NCBI GenBank assembly: GCA_029550525.1
Contig: JAKPHF010000046.1
Coordinates: forward strand, 97,476-161,475
DNA: 64,000 nucleotides
Source: Planctomycetota bacterium
Lineage (GTDB): Bacteria; Planctomycetota; Phycisphaerae; UBA1845; PWPN01
Direction: 5' to 3'
In this document: in pieces, positions 28,079 through 37,729 of the stretch
Numbering within the stretch: the stretch's first letter is position 1
Layout of the letters: each line of letters opens with the position of its first letter
The notes under the pieces: model-generated
Databases searched by the model: none
What the model was told of the DNA's origin: nothing
What the model saw: the letters and a program-made list of their open reading frames with translations, nothing else
Program-made: the position numbers and the translations under genes

Positions 28079-29962
28079 CTACTGCTTGAGGACCGCATCG
28101 AACCGGCACACCTCGAAGCACTCGCCGCAGTGGACGCACCCGTCCGTCTCGATCCAATACTTGCGCTTGTCGTCGAACTTGTGGATGATCGCCGCGGGGC
28201 ACGCGCGAGCGCACAATCCGCAGCCGGTGCACTTGTCGACGTCGATGCTGTAACGCAGGAGCTGACGGCACACGCCGGCCGGGCAGCGATGGTCGCGAAT
28301 GTGCGCCTCGTACTCCTCGCGAAAGTGCTGCAGCGTGCTGCGGATGGGATTGGGCGCGGTCATCCCCAAGCCGCACAGGCTGGCCATGGCGGTCACGCCG
28401 GCCAGGCCTTCCAGCCGCTCGAGTTCGTCGGGCCGAGCTTCGCCCCGCGTGATACGGGTGAGCATGTGCAGCATCTGCCGTGTGCCGATGCGGCACGGCG
28501 GACACTTGCCGCACGATTCGTCCACGCAGAAGTCCATGAAAAACCGGGCGACGTCCACCATGCACGAGCTGTCGTCCATGACGATCAGACCGCCCGAACC
28601 CATGATGGAGCCGATGGCCTGCAGCGAGTCGAAGTCCAGCGGCGTGTCCAGATGCTGGGCGGGAATGCAACCGCCCGACGGGCCGCCGGTCTGAGCCGCC
28701 TTGAACGTGCGGCCGTTGGGCACGCCTCCGCCGATGTCGAACACCAGTTGGCGCAGGCTCGTGCCCATGGGCACTTCGACCAGACCCGTGTTGCGAATCT
28801 TGCCGGCCAGAGCGAACACCTTGGTGCCCGGGCTTTTGGGCGTGCCGATCTGGCTGAACCATTTTCCGCCGTTGCGGATGATGGGCGGCACGTTGGCGTA
28901 CGTCTCGACGTTATTGATGATCGTCGGCTTGCCGTACAAGCCCGACTGCGTGGGATACGGTGGACGGGGCTGAGGCATGCCGCGGCGGCCCTCGACCGAG
29001 GCCATCAGCGCGGTTTCCTCGCCGCACACGAACGCGCCAGCTCCCACGCGGATCTCGATATCGAAGCAGTAGTCCGTGCCCAGAATGCGTTCGCCGATCA
29101 GATCCTTGTCGCGGGCCTGACTGATCGCGGTCTGTAACCGCTTGATGGCCAGCGGATACTCGGCCCGCACGTAGATGAAGCCTTTGCTGGCCCCCGTCGC
29201 GTAACCGGCAATAAGCATGCCTTCCAGCACGCGATGCGGATCGCTTTCCAGGACGCTTCGGTCCATGAAGGCGCCGGGGTCCCCCTCGTCGGCGTTGCAG
29301 ATCACGTACTTGGTCGGGCCGGGAGCGGCCGCCAGCATCTGCCACTTAACGCCCGCGGAGAACCCGCCGCCGCCCCGCCCTCGCAGGCCGCTCGCCAGCA
29401 GCTCTTCCACCACTTGCTTGGGGGCCATGCCGCCCAATGCCTTCTGCAAGGCGAGATAGCCGTCGCGAGCGATGTACTCGTCGATGTTCTGCGGGTCGAT
29501 GAGGCCGGAGTTCTCCAGCACGACCTTGAGCTGGTGCTTGAAGAAGGGCATCTCGGCAGCCGTGCGATAGGGCTGCCCGTCCTCGGCCTTGTGGAGCAGA
29601 TCGGTCACGATCTTGCCGTCGCGCAAATGCTCTTCGACGATCCGCTTGACGTCCTTCTCCGTCACCTTGACGTACAGGACGGCATCGGGCATCACCTGCA
29701 CGACCACGCCAAGGTCGCAGCAGCCCACGCAGCCCGTCTCGATGAGCTTGACGTACTCGCGCAGGCCGCGCTGACCCAGGACCTCCCGAAACGCGGTGGC
29801 CACGCTCGCGCAACCGCAACTGACACACGCTCCGCCCGCACAGACCAGGACCTCCCGATAGGCGCACGGCGCATCGGGCCGACTCTCCGGCGCCTTCCCC
29901 AGCCGCAGAGCGAGCGACGCTTTCGCTTGCTCCCGCCACTCGTACAGTTCCTTGAGCGTCAT
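28079..29962 (-). CDS. hoxF: NADH/FMN-binding diaphorase subunit (HoxF/HydB/NuoF type) with C-terminal 2x[4Fe-4S]
   Basis: SGLRGRGGGGF, NADEGDPGAFMDR, GAGAFVCGEETAL, GGPSGG, ESCGKCPPCR, HIRDHRCPAGVC, CTGCGLCARACP, CVHCGECFEVC. Confidence 0.93.
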   Translation of the reverse strand: MTLKELYEWREQAKASLALRLGKAPESRPDAPCAYREVLVCAGGACVSCGCASVATAFREVLGQRGLREYVKLIETGCVGCCDLGVVVQVMPDAVLYVKVTEKDVKRIVEEHLRDGKIVTDLLHKAEDGQPYRTAAEMPFFKHQLKVVLENSGLIDPQNIDEYIARDGYLALQKALGGMAPKQVVEELLASGLRGRGGGGFSAGVKWQMLAAAPGPTKYVICNADEGDPGAFMDRSVLESDPHRVLEGMLIAGYATGASKGFIYVRAEYPLAIKRLQTAISQARDKDLIGERILGTDYCFDIEIRVGAGAFVCGEETALMASVEGRRGMPQPRPPYPTQSGLYGKPTIINNVETYANVPPIIRNGGKWFSQIGTPKSPGTKVFALAGKIRNTGLVEVPMGTSLRQLVFDIGGGVPNGRTFKAAQTGGPSGGCIPAQHLDTPLDFDSLQAIGSIMGSGGLIVMDDSSCMVDVARFFMDFCVDESCGKCPPCRIGTRQMLHMLTRITRGEARPDELERLEGLAGVTAMASLCGLGMTAPNPIRSTLQHFREEYEAHIRDHRCPAGVCRQLLRYSIDVDKCTGCGLCARACPAAIIHKFDDKRKYWIETDGCVHCGECFEVCRFDAVLKQ

Positions 29963-30480
29963 TTGTATGCCTTCAAAAGCTTCTTGATCTCGTTGCTCTT
30001 CAACTGCCCGTGCACGCGGTCACCCACCATGGCCACCGGAGCCAGCCCACACGCGCCCACGCAGCGAGCGCAGCGAAGACTGAACCGTCCGTCGGCCGTG
30101 GTCTGGCCGTTGCGGATTCCCAATTCCTTCTCGAATGCCCGCAACACCGTTTCAGCCCCCCGCACGTAGCAGGCCGTCCCCGTGCAGACGTTGATCGTGT
30201 GCTTGCCCTGCGGCACGCGGCTGAAGAACGAGTAGAACCCGATCACGCCGTACACCTGGCTGATGGGCAGCCGCAGCTCGTGGGCGATGTACCGGATGAC
30301 GTCCTCACGCAGGTAGCCGAACAGCTCCTGCGCCCGGTGCAGGATCTGGATGAGGGCGTCGGGCGCGCGGTCGTAGAAATCCATGGCCATCTGCAGTTCG
30401 GCGAACAGGGCCTGCTCATACGGCGCCGCCACCGCCCCGCTTCGGCTGATGCCCTGCTGAATGTTGCTCAGGCTCGTCAT
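29959..30480 (-). CDS. hoxE: [2Fe-2S] subunit (HoxE/HydC/NuoE type)
   Basis: LIQILHRAQELFGYL, VCTGTACYVRG, RCVGACGLAP. ATGA overlap with hoxF. Confidence 0.93.
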   Translation of the reverse strand: MTSLSNIQQGISRSGAVAAPYEQALFAELQMAMDFYDRAPDALIQILHRAQELFGYLREDVIRYIAHELRLPISQVYGVIGFYSFFSRVPQGKHTINVCTGTACYVRGAETVLRAFEKELGIRNGQTTADGRFSLRCARCVGACGLAPVAMVGDRVHGQLKSNEIKKLLKAYK

Positions 30481-31068
30481 TGTGTACGTCCTCAGTCAGG
30501 ACTCCGTTACATCTTTCACAAATTGCTGCGAAGGCAATCCATCCCCCGCGTGTGCTCGTTCAGTCCCCTGCTGTATATCGGGTAATTCCAGTCCGTCAGT
30601 ATCGGCGACTTTGAACCGCCGCGAGCGGCCGGCGGCAGGAAGGACCCACAAAACGGTAAGTCTAAAGCCGCACACGATATCTGGCAAGACAAGCCCATCC
30701 GCGGCGCTTCCACCGGGCCGATAACCGGCCCGGCTCCGATCAGCACTCACTCGGAACTAGGCAACCCCCATGCCGAACCCGCGTCGGCCGGTTTCCGGAG
30801 CATCTGCCCCACAAAGCCTCGTGTGCAGGTGAAGGAAATTCGGGATCTGTTCACGAGCAGGTCGTTTCTCGAGGCTTGGTTCGTTAATCGGGCGCGAAGC
30901 CGCCTGGCTGAGGAACGAACGGCTTGCCGTGGCGGCGCTGCCGTTGGCCATTTGCCGAGGCGCTCGGGTCATCTGCCCCGCCCTCTCCGCACGCGCGTGG
31001 AGGACCGATCGCGAGGCTGGCGCGAGGTCCGTCCTATTCGGACGCCACAAAAGACGGTGCTTGGATGC

Positions 31069-31506
31069 TTACTTGGCGTTGGAGTTCTTGGCGGCTTCGA
31101 TCTCGTGCTCTTTGGCCACCAGTTGGGCGATGGTGGTGTCGTCGAGCAGGCTGCGGAATGCTTCCTTGACCGGCCGCCACTGATCGTGCATGGCACAGGG
31201 GTTCTCGTCCGTGCACTTGGCATGGCCGAGCGGGCAGCGGCTGCGGGCAGGGATATCGTCGAATGGCTTGACCACGTCGATCAACTTCAACTTGTTGGCC
31301 CGCCGCTTCAGCCGGAAGCCGCCCCCGATGCCTCGGGTCGACGTGAGCACACCCGCATGGACAAGATCCCGCAGGACCTTGGAGAGGTATTTGTTGGGGA
31401 TGTGGCCCTTGCTGGAGATCTCACGGGCCAGAACCGGCCGCTCTTCCTCGACCTTGGCAATGGCGACCACCGCTCGAAGTGCGTATTCAGCAGTCTTGCT
31501 CAGCAC
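31069..31506 (-). CDS. Rrf2-family transcriptional regulator with three Cys
   Basis: SKTAEYALRA, YLSKVL..L..AG, STRGIGGGF.L, CPLG..KC....PC.MH. Confidence 0.93.
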   Translation of the reverse strand: MLSKTAEYALRAVVAIAKVEEERPVLAREISSKGHIPNKYLSKVLRDLVHAGVLTSTRGIGGGFRLKRRANKLKLIDVVKPFDDIPARSRCPLGHAKCTDENPCAMHDQWRPVKEAFRSLLDDTTIAQLVAKEHEIEAAKNSNAK

Positions 31507-31860
31507 GGTGAAACCCTCTCAGACCGGCAACCGATGCTTGGTTATTTGCCCATATTCAGGTAGAACTATAGCGCACGGGCCTGTACCGAGCAAGAGGCTT
31601 TCTACATTAATCTGATTTTTTCATCTTTAAAGCGTCGCCGGGGCGGCACAACACGACCTCGCGAGATTGCACCAGGGTTGTCCCGTATCCGAATCAGACC
31701 CCGAAGCGGCTTGGCTTTGCGCAGACGCGAGCCGATGGTAAGGGAGCTCCAGCCTGTATGGGTGAACCGTATTCCGTACTCCGGCCTGATGGAGAACCGG
31801 CACCCGCCTCGAGATCGAAACACTATTCCAACCGACGCCTTTCGACGTCAGGAGGAGAAG

Positions 31861-32628
31861 ATGTCTGCTGAGCTGCTGCGAAATGAACTCATCGTCATCC
31901 TGGGTCTGGCCGTGACTGCGGTGGCGAGCGAACCGGCTACGCAACCGGCCAGCCGCCCCGCCGCGATCGACTGGGCGAAGCACTACTACCGGCGGGTCGA
32001 GCAGTTCGAACGGGAAAACCGCGAGAAGCGAAACATCGTCCTCGTCGGCTCGTCACACATCGAAGGCTTCATGCAGGATCGCCTCCTGCCCGGGCGGAGG
32101 ATCGTCAACCGCGGCATCTCGTCAGATCGAATCGGGATCGGCGAGCGCGGCGTCCTGCACCGGTTGGAGCAGTCCGTATTCGACTGCAACCCCGGCATCG
32201 TCTTTCTCGAAAACGGTGTGAATGACCTGGGTGAGTTGTGGCGGCACGGCACGCCCAGCCTCGATGAGATCGAAGCCTGCTACCGCGAGGTCGTCCGCCG
32301 CATCCGCGAGCGGCGTCCCGACGTGAAGCTCGTCATCGTCGGCCTGTTCCCCACGCGCGACCGCTTCGCCGGACTGAAGCCACTGATCGTGCAGTTCAAC
32401 GCACGACTCGAGAAGATCGCGGCTGATTTCGGCTGCCCCTTCATGGACGTGTATGCACCCTTTGCTGACGATCAGGGCCTGCTCCGGCAAGACCTGTCGC
32501 GTGATGGCCTGCACCTCACCGATGCGGGCTATCGGCTCTGGGCCGACATGATCGATCGGACGCTGACGCAACTCGGTGCAGACCAGTTGAGCGCTGCCGG
32601 TTCACCCACCAGCCGTTCTGCCCGATAG
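31861..32628 (+). CDS. Secreted SGNH/GDSL hydrolase
   Basis: AGGAG RBS, signal peptide, block I VGSSH, NRGISSD, GVND, DGLH. Confidence 0.85.
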   Translation: MSAELLRNELIVILGLAVTAVASEPATQPASRPAAIDWAKHYYRRVEQFERENREKRNIVLVGSSHIEGFMQDRLLPGRRIVNRGISSDRIGIGERGVLHRLEQSVFDCNPGIVFLENGVNDLGELWRHGTPSLDEIEACYREVVRRIRERRPDVKLVIVGLFPTRDRFAGLKPLIVQFNARLEKIAADFGCPFMDVYAPFADDQGLLRQDLSRDGLHLTDAGYRLWADMIDRTLTQLGADQLSAAGSPTSRSAR

Positions 32629-32660
32629 CTTGGCCTTGGAGAACGGGCGTCAGCGTTGTT

Positions 32661-32831
32661 GGGCGAGCGTCTCGCCTGCCTTTATTTCTGCTGACGGCTT
32701 GTGCATGTCCGGCGTGCCGGTTGTGGTGCAGGCATCCGCGCCTGCGGCCTATGCACGCTGGAAGCGTGCACCACAACAAGCCGGCAATGCATGATTGTCC
32801 GCGTTCGAGGCGGGCGGGACGCTCGCACCCC
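32661..32831. repeat. Composite REP-like element B-A-B' between convergent genes
   Basis: B at 32661-32681, A doublet at 32721-32776, inverted B at 32808-32831. Confidence 0.75.
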
Positions 32832-32833
32832 GG

Positions 32834-33403
32834 TCACAGCGACAGGGTATCCTCGATGTTCAACCCACGACGAGAGGCCATCTCCCGTCCGACGTCGGCG
32901 AGTTCACGACTGTCCAGCAAACGGCCGGCTGCCGGAAAGACTTCCGCGTCTTCAAGATGAATGTGTTCGGCGTAGGCCTGCTCGAGCGCTTCGATGTGTT
33001 CGAGCAGTTCTCGCGTTTCGTCGGCGGCCAGATGATTCCGCTCGAGCCATTGCCGCCCGAGTCGCTCCACAACGTCGTGGCCGCCCCGAACCGCCTGGTG
33101 ATCATGCTCCAGGCGGGATACCACGGCCATGAGTGCAGGATCCTGACCGGCAGACGTGCTCCTGAGCCGCGGAAAGAGCGACTCTTCCTCATCGGCGGTG
33201 TGGTTGGGCGCAGCGACCCGGAAGTATCGAAGCGCCGACTCCAGCGCCCGGCGGCTCTCAGGGTCCAGCTCGCCCCCCTGCAGTGTCCTGGTCACGTGGG
33301 CCAGGATGCCCAAGAACCGCTCGATGCGACGATGGCAATCGGATAAGAGGCGTAACGGCTCATCGAATCCGGCATCGGGCCGGCCGCCGATCTGAATAGG
33401 CAC
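32834..33403 (-). CDS. Hemerythrin/HHE-domain protein
   Basis: L.DCHRRIERF, HTADEE.SLFP, LEHDH, Y.EHI.LED.EVFP, EMASRRG. Confidence 0.88.
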   Translation of the reverse strand: MPIQIGGRPDAGFDEPLRLLSDCHRRIERFLGILAHVTRTLQGGELDPESRRALESALRYFRVAAPNHTADEEESLFPRLRSTSAGQDPALMAVVSRLEHDHQAVRGGHDVVERLGRQWLERNHLAADETRELLEHIEALEQAYAEHIHLEDAEVFPAAGRLLDSRELADVGREMASRRGLNIEDTLSL

Positions 33404-33731
33404 GTGAACCTCCCGACGTTTTCGAGGCCGAGTCTCGCTCGGCCGGTCCGCACCGTCCGCACGAAACCCGATAACTCACTCCTCCGGCGATGGTAAGCCG
33501 CCTGATGGCGACCGCCCACCTTCGTCCGGTCCGCAGGTCCGCATGGCGGCCTTCTTCCCGGCGATCGAGGACCGCCCCGCCCGCCCGTTTTCCAGGCCGT
33601 TGGCCCGCTTTCTGGACAAATCCATCGACACTCGTAACCGTTCGCGGTACAATCACGAGTGCATCTCTGATTCGCACCTTCGCGAGACGACGTGCTTCAC
33701 ATCTGCAGCCCTCGGCACGGGAGGACACATC

Positions 33732-34937
33732 ATGTCGCAGCAAATCGTTGTCCATTGCCCATCGTGCAGCCAGAAATACCGAGTCGACCCTGCCACCGTG
33801 GGACATCGCGCCCGATGCGCCAAGTGCGGCCAAAAATTCCTGATCTCGTCCAAAGCCCCTCTGGATGAGGACACCATCCTGGCCTGGATCAGCGATTCGG
33901 ATCCGGCATCCGAGTCGGTGATGGGCTCGACGGGGCTGTTCCAGTCGTCGGAAGCTTCGCAGGCCGTCGCGTCTGCCCACTCAGCTGGCAATGGGGCCGG
34001 CCCGTCCATCGCGGCAGCCTGGTCGCGGACAACACCCGCCGCTGTCGCCCCGCGCAGCGTCGCCCCCGATGACAACGATGCCGGCGTGCGGCTGGCGAGT
34101 ATCGGCGACGATGGAGCGCATTTCGAGTTTCCCGTCTCCAGTCTGACTCGCGGCGATCTGCGCGACGCCTTCCCTCGCAAGTGTGTCGGCTGCGGTGTAC
34201 GCCAGGGGCTGTTCGTCCACCTGGTGTACTGGCCCGACCGCATGAAGAGTCACGAAGCCGCTCACTGGCAGGAGTTGCAGAACACAACCGTGGGTGACTG
34301 GGAACACTTCGCCCACCTGCCGGGTCGCACCTGGCTCAACCGACTGCCACGTCCACGGCACTGTCTACCGCCGTTCAACGAACCCTTTCCGTTACTGCTC
34401 TGCCGGCACTGTCATGCCGCGCACGAGGTGCAAGGCCGTGTAATTGCACACGGCACGGTCGAATGGTGCAGCCTGACGATTCACTCGTTGGCCACTGCCG
34501 TGGAGTTCTACCGGAACAACGGCGGCCGCCACACGCCGGAGTATCAGCATCTCATCGAACAACGCGACATCCGCCACGATAAGCGCAACGAACTTCATCC
34601 GGACGTGCGAAACCGGCTTTCACACTGGTTCACGCCGCTGCCCGGCGAGGAATTCGTGCGTTATTTCCCCGATACTGAGTTCTCTGCCGCCGAGGCGGGC
34701 AACGCGGGCGCAGTCCTCACCGTTCGCCGGCTGGTATTCAAGAAATTCGCCGCTTATCGCGACTATCCGCTTCACCAGCCATGCCGTATGGAAATCAAGC
34801 CGGACGGGCCGCGTTCGATCGTGCACATCTTCGAAGAAGGGCACCGCCCGGCCGTCTTCTCGCTCAGCCAGGCCGACGCCAATCAACTGGTGACCTCGCT
34901 GCGCACGCTGGCCTGCCGATGGCGGATCAGCCGATGA
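33732..34937 (+). CDS. Hypothetical protein with N-terminal zinc ribbon
   Basis: GGAGG RBS. CPSC..Y..(13)..CAKC zinc ribbon, then a second Cys set (CVGC ... CRHC). Confidence 0.7.
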   Translation: MSQQIVVHCPSCSQKYRVDPATVGHRARCAKCGQKFLISSKAPLDEDTILAWISDSDPASESVMGSTGLFQSSEASQAVASAHSAGNGAGPSIAAAWSRTTPAAVAPRSVAPDDNDAGVRLASIGDDGAHFEFPVSSLTRGDLRDAFPRKCVGCGVRQGLFVHLVYWPDRMKSHEAAHWQELQNTTVGDWEHFAHLPGRTWLNRLPRPRHCLPPFNEPFPLLLCRHCHAAHEVQGRVIAHGTVEWCSLTIHSLATAVEFYRNNGGRHTPEYQHLIEQRDIRHDKRNELHPDVRNRLSHWFTPLPGEEFVRYFPDTEFSAAEAGNAGAVLTVRRLVFKKFAAYRDYPLHQPCRMEIKPDGPRSIVHIFEEGHRPAVFSLSQADANQLVTSLRTLACRWRISR

Positions 34938-34948
34938 CAGGAACAGGC

Positions 34949-35088
34949 CTGAGACCTGAGTCCTGAGTCTGAGGCTTGAGGTCTCAAGCCTTTTTATCGC
35001 CGGAGATGAACCGCCGAGGTCGCAGAGGAGCACAGAGGTAGGCATCGCAGGCTTTCTTCTCTGTGCCCCTCTGCGACCTCTGTGGTGA
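34949..35088. repeat. 7-mer (CCTGAGN) array plus inverted 9-mer element between convergent genes
   Basis: CCTGAGACCTGAGTCCTGAGTCTGAGGCTTGAGG, then ACCGCCGAGGTCGCAGAGGAGCACAGAG ... CTCTGTGCCCCTCTGCGACCTCTGTGGT. Confidence 0.7.
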
Positions 35089-35107
35089 GTCAATTCGAAG
35101 GGGGCGG

Positions 35108-37723
35108 CTATTCCAGAAGAAAAGACCGCGGCGCGAAAGCGGCGACGTCGCACTCGAAGCAGCCGTGATTGATCGCGATGGCATCGCCGACGGACCGGCC
35201 GCGCAGATCGCACGGTTGTGCGGTCTTGAATCGTGAGCCGGGTGGAAGCGTAACGACGCACGATCCGGTCCGGCCGGACAGCTCCCAGATGCGCAAGAGC
35301 GTGCCCGCGCCATCCGGATTCGCTCCAAATGCTGTGACCACAGTCCCGGTTCTCGACAGGCTCAGTCCCGCCTGCGACGCCGGTAGCTTGCCGGCCGGTG
35401 CGTCGGAGAATGCCGCCAGCACGGGATTGCGTGCCTCGACCGCCGCGACGGCCAGGATCGAGCTTGCATCGTCGGCTTTGCCCGGCCAGATCCGCACCCG
35501 CGCCGACCACGAGCCGCCTACCCACTGCGAGAAGTTGGTGGACCACTGGTTGTTGAACAAGTTCACGTAGACTGCCGGCGCCTTCGGTTTGAACTCGCGG
35601 CTGAACCGCCACAGGCCGGGCTCACCGATACTCACCACCGGCGAGTCGAGCGGACAGATCCCCACCAACGCCCCATCACTGCCTCTGACCGTCATGCCGC
35701 TGCTCAGGCAGAACATGTCGGCATTGCTGGCCGGCTGACGATCCGTGGCCGGATCGACGAACGCGCCGGGCCTCCCCAACAGATAGGAAGCGTTGTCCAT
35801 AGCCAACGGCAGGCAGAGCCAGCCGGCTTCGGGCCACGGTGTGGCGGGCTTGTCGACGATCGTCCACTCCAGATCGACGAAGGGCAGTTCGTGGTAGACG
35901 GTTACCGCCAGGCCTACCGCATGCGGAATCGTCTCGGTGGGCTTGGCCGTCATGATCGCCCGCAAAGCGACGCCGTCTTGCTCATAACGCAGATCGAAAT
36001 CGCCCGGCGAAGCATCTCGCCCCGGTGCCTCCGCCGCCGGCGGCAGACCAGGCTTGCCGAAGTCGCCTTCGATCCAAGGCCACTTCCCTTGCGAATATTG
36101 TTTGATGTAGCGCTGGGCGTCGTCCGCATCGAACGTCTGATACAAGTAGCGACCCAGCACCTCTCCAGGCGCAACGAACTCGCGACCGGACTGCTTGTCG
36201 AGCAGGCTGACCACACCGCCGCGGGCAGGATCGACTTTCACCCGCAGTCGCGCGTTCTCGATCGTGCGGCCGGCTTCGTCGAGCTTCGCGACTTGCGCAC
36301 CGTCGCCGTCCACATCCGCCAAGGCATACGCTTTGTAGCCCATGGGCGGCAGATCGCAGGCAACGAATCGAGCCGTCGTTCCGTCCGCCCGCTCGAACGA
36401 AACGACGTCAGTCCGCTTCCACGGCAACGGGTTGTAGACCACGACGCGCGGGCCGGTCGTGGCGACGTTATCCGCCAGCCGCTTCACGTGCTCGGCCAAC
36501 GCGGGCTCAACCAACCAGGCAGCCTGTCGGATGTAGTCGCCCTGCTCTTCCCATGATTCTTCCGCCTTGGCATACGTGCCCTTGGCGTAGCTTTCCTCCC
36601 ACGCCTTGCCGTACAACCGCGGAAAACGCTTGGCGTCCATCCCCCAGGTGTGCTCGCCATACATGAGGCTTTGCTCGTAGGCCTGGGCGATCGTGTCCTT
36701 CACCTCGGGCACCGCCACGCCCCAGCCGCTCAGCAGCGTGTTGAGCGCTTCCAGCTGCGCGATCTGCGGCCGCACTCGCCGAGCGGTGGCCGTATCCTGC
36801 GGATGCGACATGATGCCGTGAATCCAACTGTCGGGCATGTCCGCCCGCACCACGGGCAGGTCCGGATTCTCGCGGCGGATCGCATCGGCGAAGTCTGACA
36901 GCCGTCCCATGCGAATCTTCGCTCCGGGCAGTTGCCGTGCGGCGTCGGCGAGCAGCTTCTTGACCTCCTCCGGCGTGGGCGGGCCGTGATTGTCGCCCGT
37001 GTGAATCAAGGCCAGCCACGTCTTATGCGGCCAGTTCTCGGGCGGCAGCAGGCCCGTGCCGTAGCCCAAAACGAGCATGGTCATCACCCGTGAACCGTCG
37101 GGGCCTTCCCACCAGAACAGCGGCGGGGCTTGCGGCGGTGTCGACGCGCGGTTGCAGCCCAGGTGCAGGAACTCGACGCCGGCGTGGGCGAGAATTGTGG
37201 GCAACGCCCAGCAATGCGAGGGCACGTCCGTCATCTTCGCGTCGCGCGGCAAGGGCTGACCGTACGTGCGGGCCAATCGCGACGAGAAGCCCATTCCGCG
37301 CACGATGTCCTCCAACTCGAGCGATTCCGTGTGCGTGGTCACGGGCAAAGCATGCCAGACGAAGCGCCCGCTGCGGATGGCGTCTTCGATACGCTGCCGT
37401 CGCCCCGGCTCCTGGCCCGGCCAGAGAATCTGCGTCAGCGGCCAGCCCGGGATTGTCCAGGCGAATTGCTGCTCGGCCGGCAGATCTCGCGTGGCGTCCA
37501 CCGTACCCAGCGCCTTGTCGATCATGGTCGTGCGATAGCTTTCCAGCACGTTCCGCGCCAGGTCGGTATAGCCGATGTCAAAGTGCGTCTTGCAGACGAC
37601 GATCACCTCATCGACCCGGGCGGCGCGGGCCGAGGGAACGAAGGCCACAGCGCACCAGCACGCCAGCCGCAACCATCGACGAGTCGAGTTCTGCAACAAC
37701 ATGCGCGTCTCCAGATGATGCAC
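35108..37723 (-). CDS. Secreted GH38-like glycoside hydrolase
   Basis: Signal peptide ending ARA, KTHFDIGYT, TDVPSH, TGDNHGPP, YGEHTWG, VYNPLPW, C-terminal CDLRGR...F..RSF. Confidence 0.75.
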   Translation of the reverse strand: MHHLETRMLLQNSTRRWLRLACWCAVAFVPSARAARVDEVIVVCKTHFDIGYTDLARNVLESYRTTMIDKALGTVDATRDLPAEQQFAWTIPGWPLTQILWPGQEPGRRQRIEDAIRSGRFVWHALPVTTHTESLELEDIVRGMGFSSRLARTYGQPLPRDAKMTDVPSHCWALPTILAHAGVEFLHLGCNRASTPPQAPPLFWWEGPDGSRVMTMLVLGYGTGLLPPENWPHKTWLALIHTGDNHGPPTPEEVKKLLADAARQLPGAKIRMGRLSDFADAIRRENPDLPVVRADMPDSWIHGIMSHPQDTATARRVRPQIAQLEALNTLLSGWGVAVPEVKDTIAQAYEQSLMYGEHTWGMDAKRFPRLYGKAWEESYAKGTYAKAEESWEEQGDYIRQAAWLVEPALAEHVKRLADNVATTGPRVVVYNPLPWKRTDVVSFERADGTTARFVACDLPPMGYKAYALADVDGDGAQVAKLDEAGRTIENARLRVKVDPARGGVVSLLDKQSGREFVAPGEVLGRYLYQTFDADDAQRYIKQYSQGKWPWIEGDFGKPGLPPAAEAPGRDASPGDFDLRYEQDGVALRAIMTAKPTETIPHAVGLAVTVYHELPFVDLEWTIVDKPATPWPEAGWLCLPLAMDNASYLLGRPGAFVDPATDRQPASNADMFCLSSGMTVRGSDGALVGICPLDSPVVSIGEPGLWRFSREFKPKAPAVYVNLFNNQWSTNFSQWVGGSWSARVRIWPGKADDASSILAVAAVEARNPVLAAFSDAPAGKLPASQAGLSLSRTGTVVTAFGANPDGAGTLLRIWELSGRTGSCVVTLPPGSRFKTAQPCDLRGRSVGDAIAINHGCFECDVAAFAPRSFLLE

Positions 37724-37729
37724 AACGGA

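Noticed and set aside
33486-33530. GGCGATGG...CGCC resembling a fluoride riboswitch
   Set aside because: The downstream pseudoknot (GCTRATGAC) is missing, and no fluoride-related gene follows.
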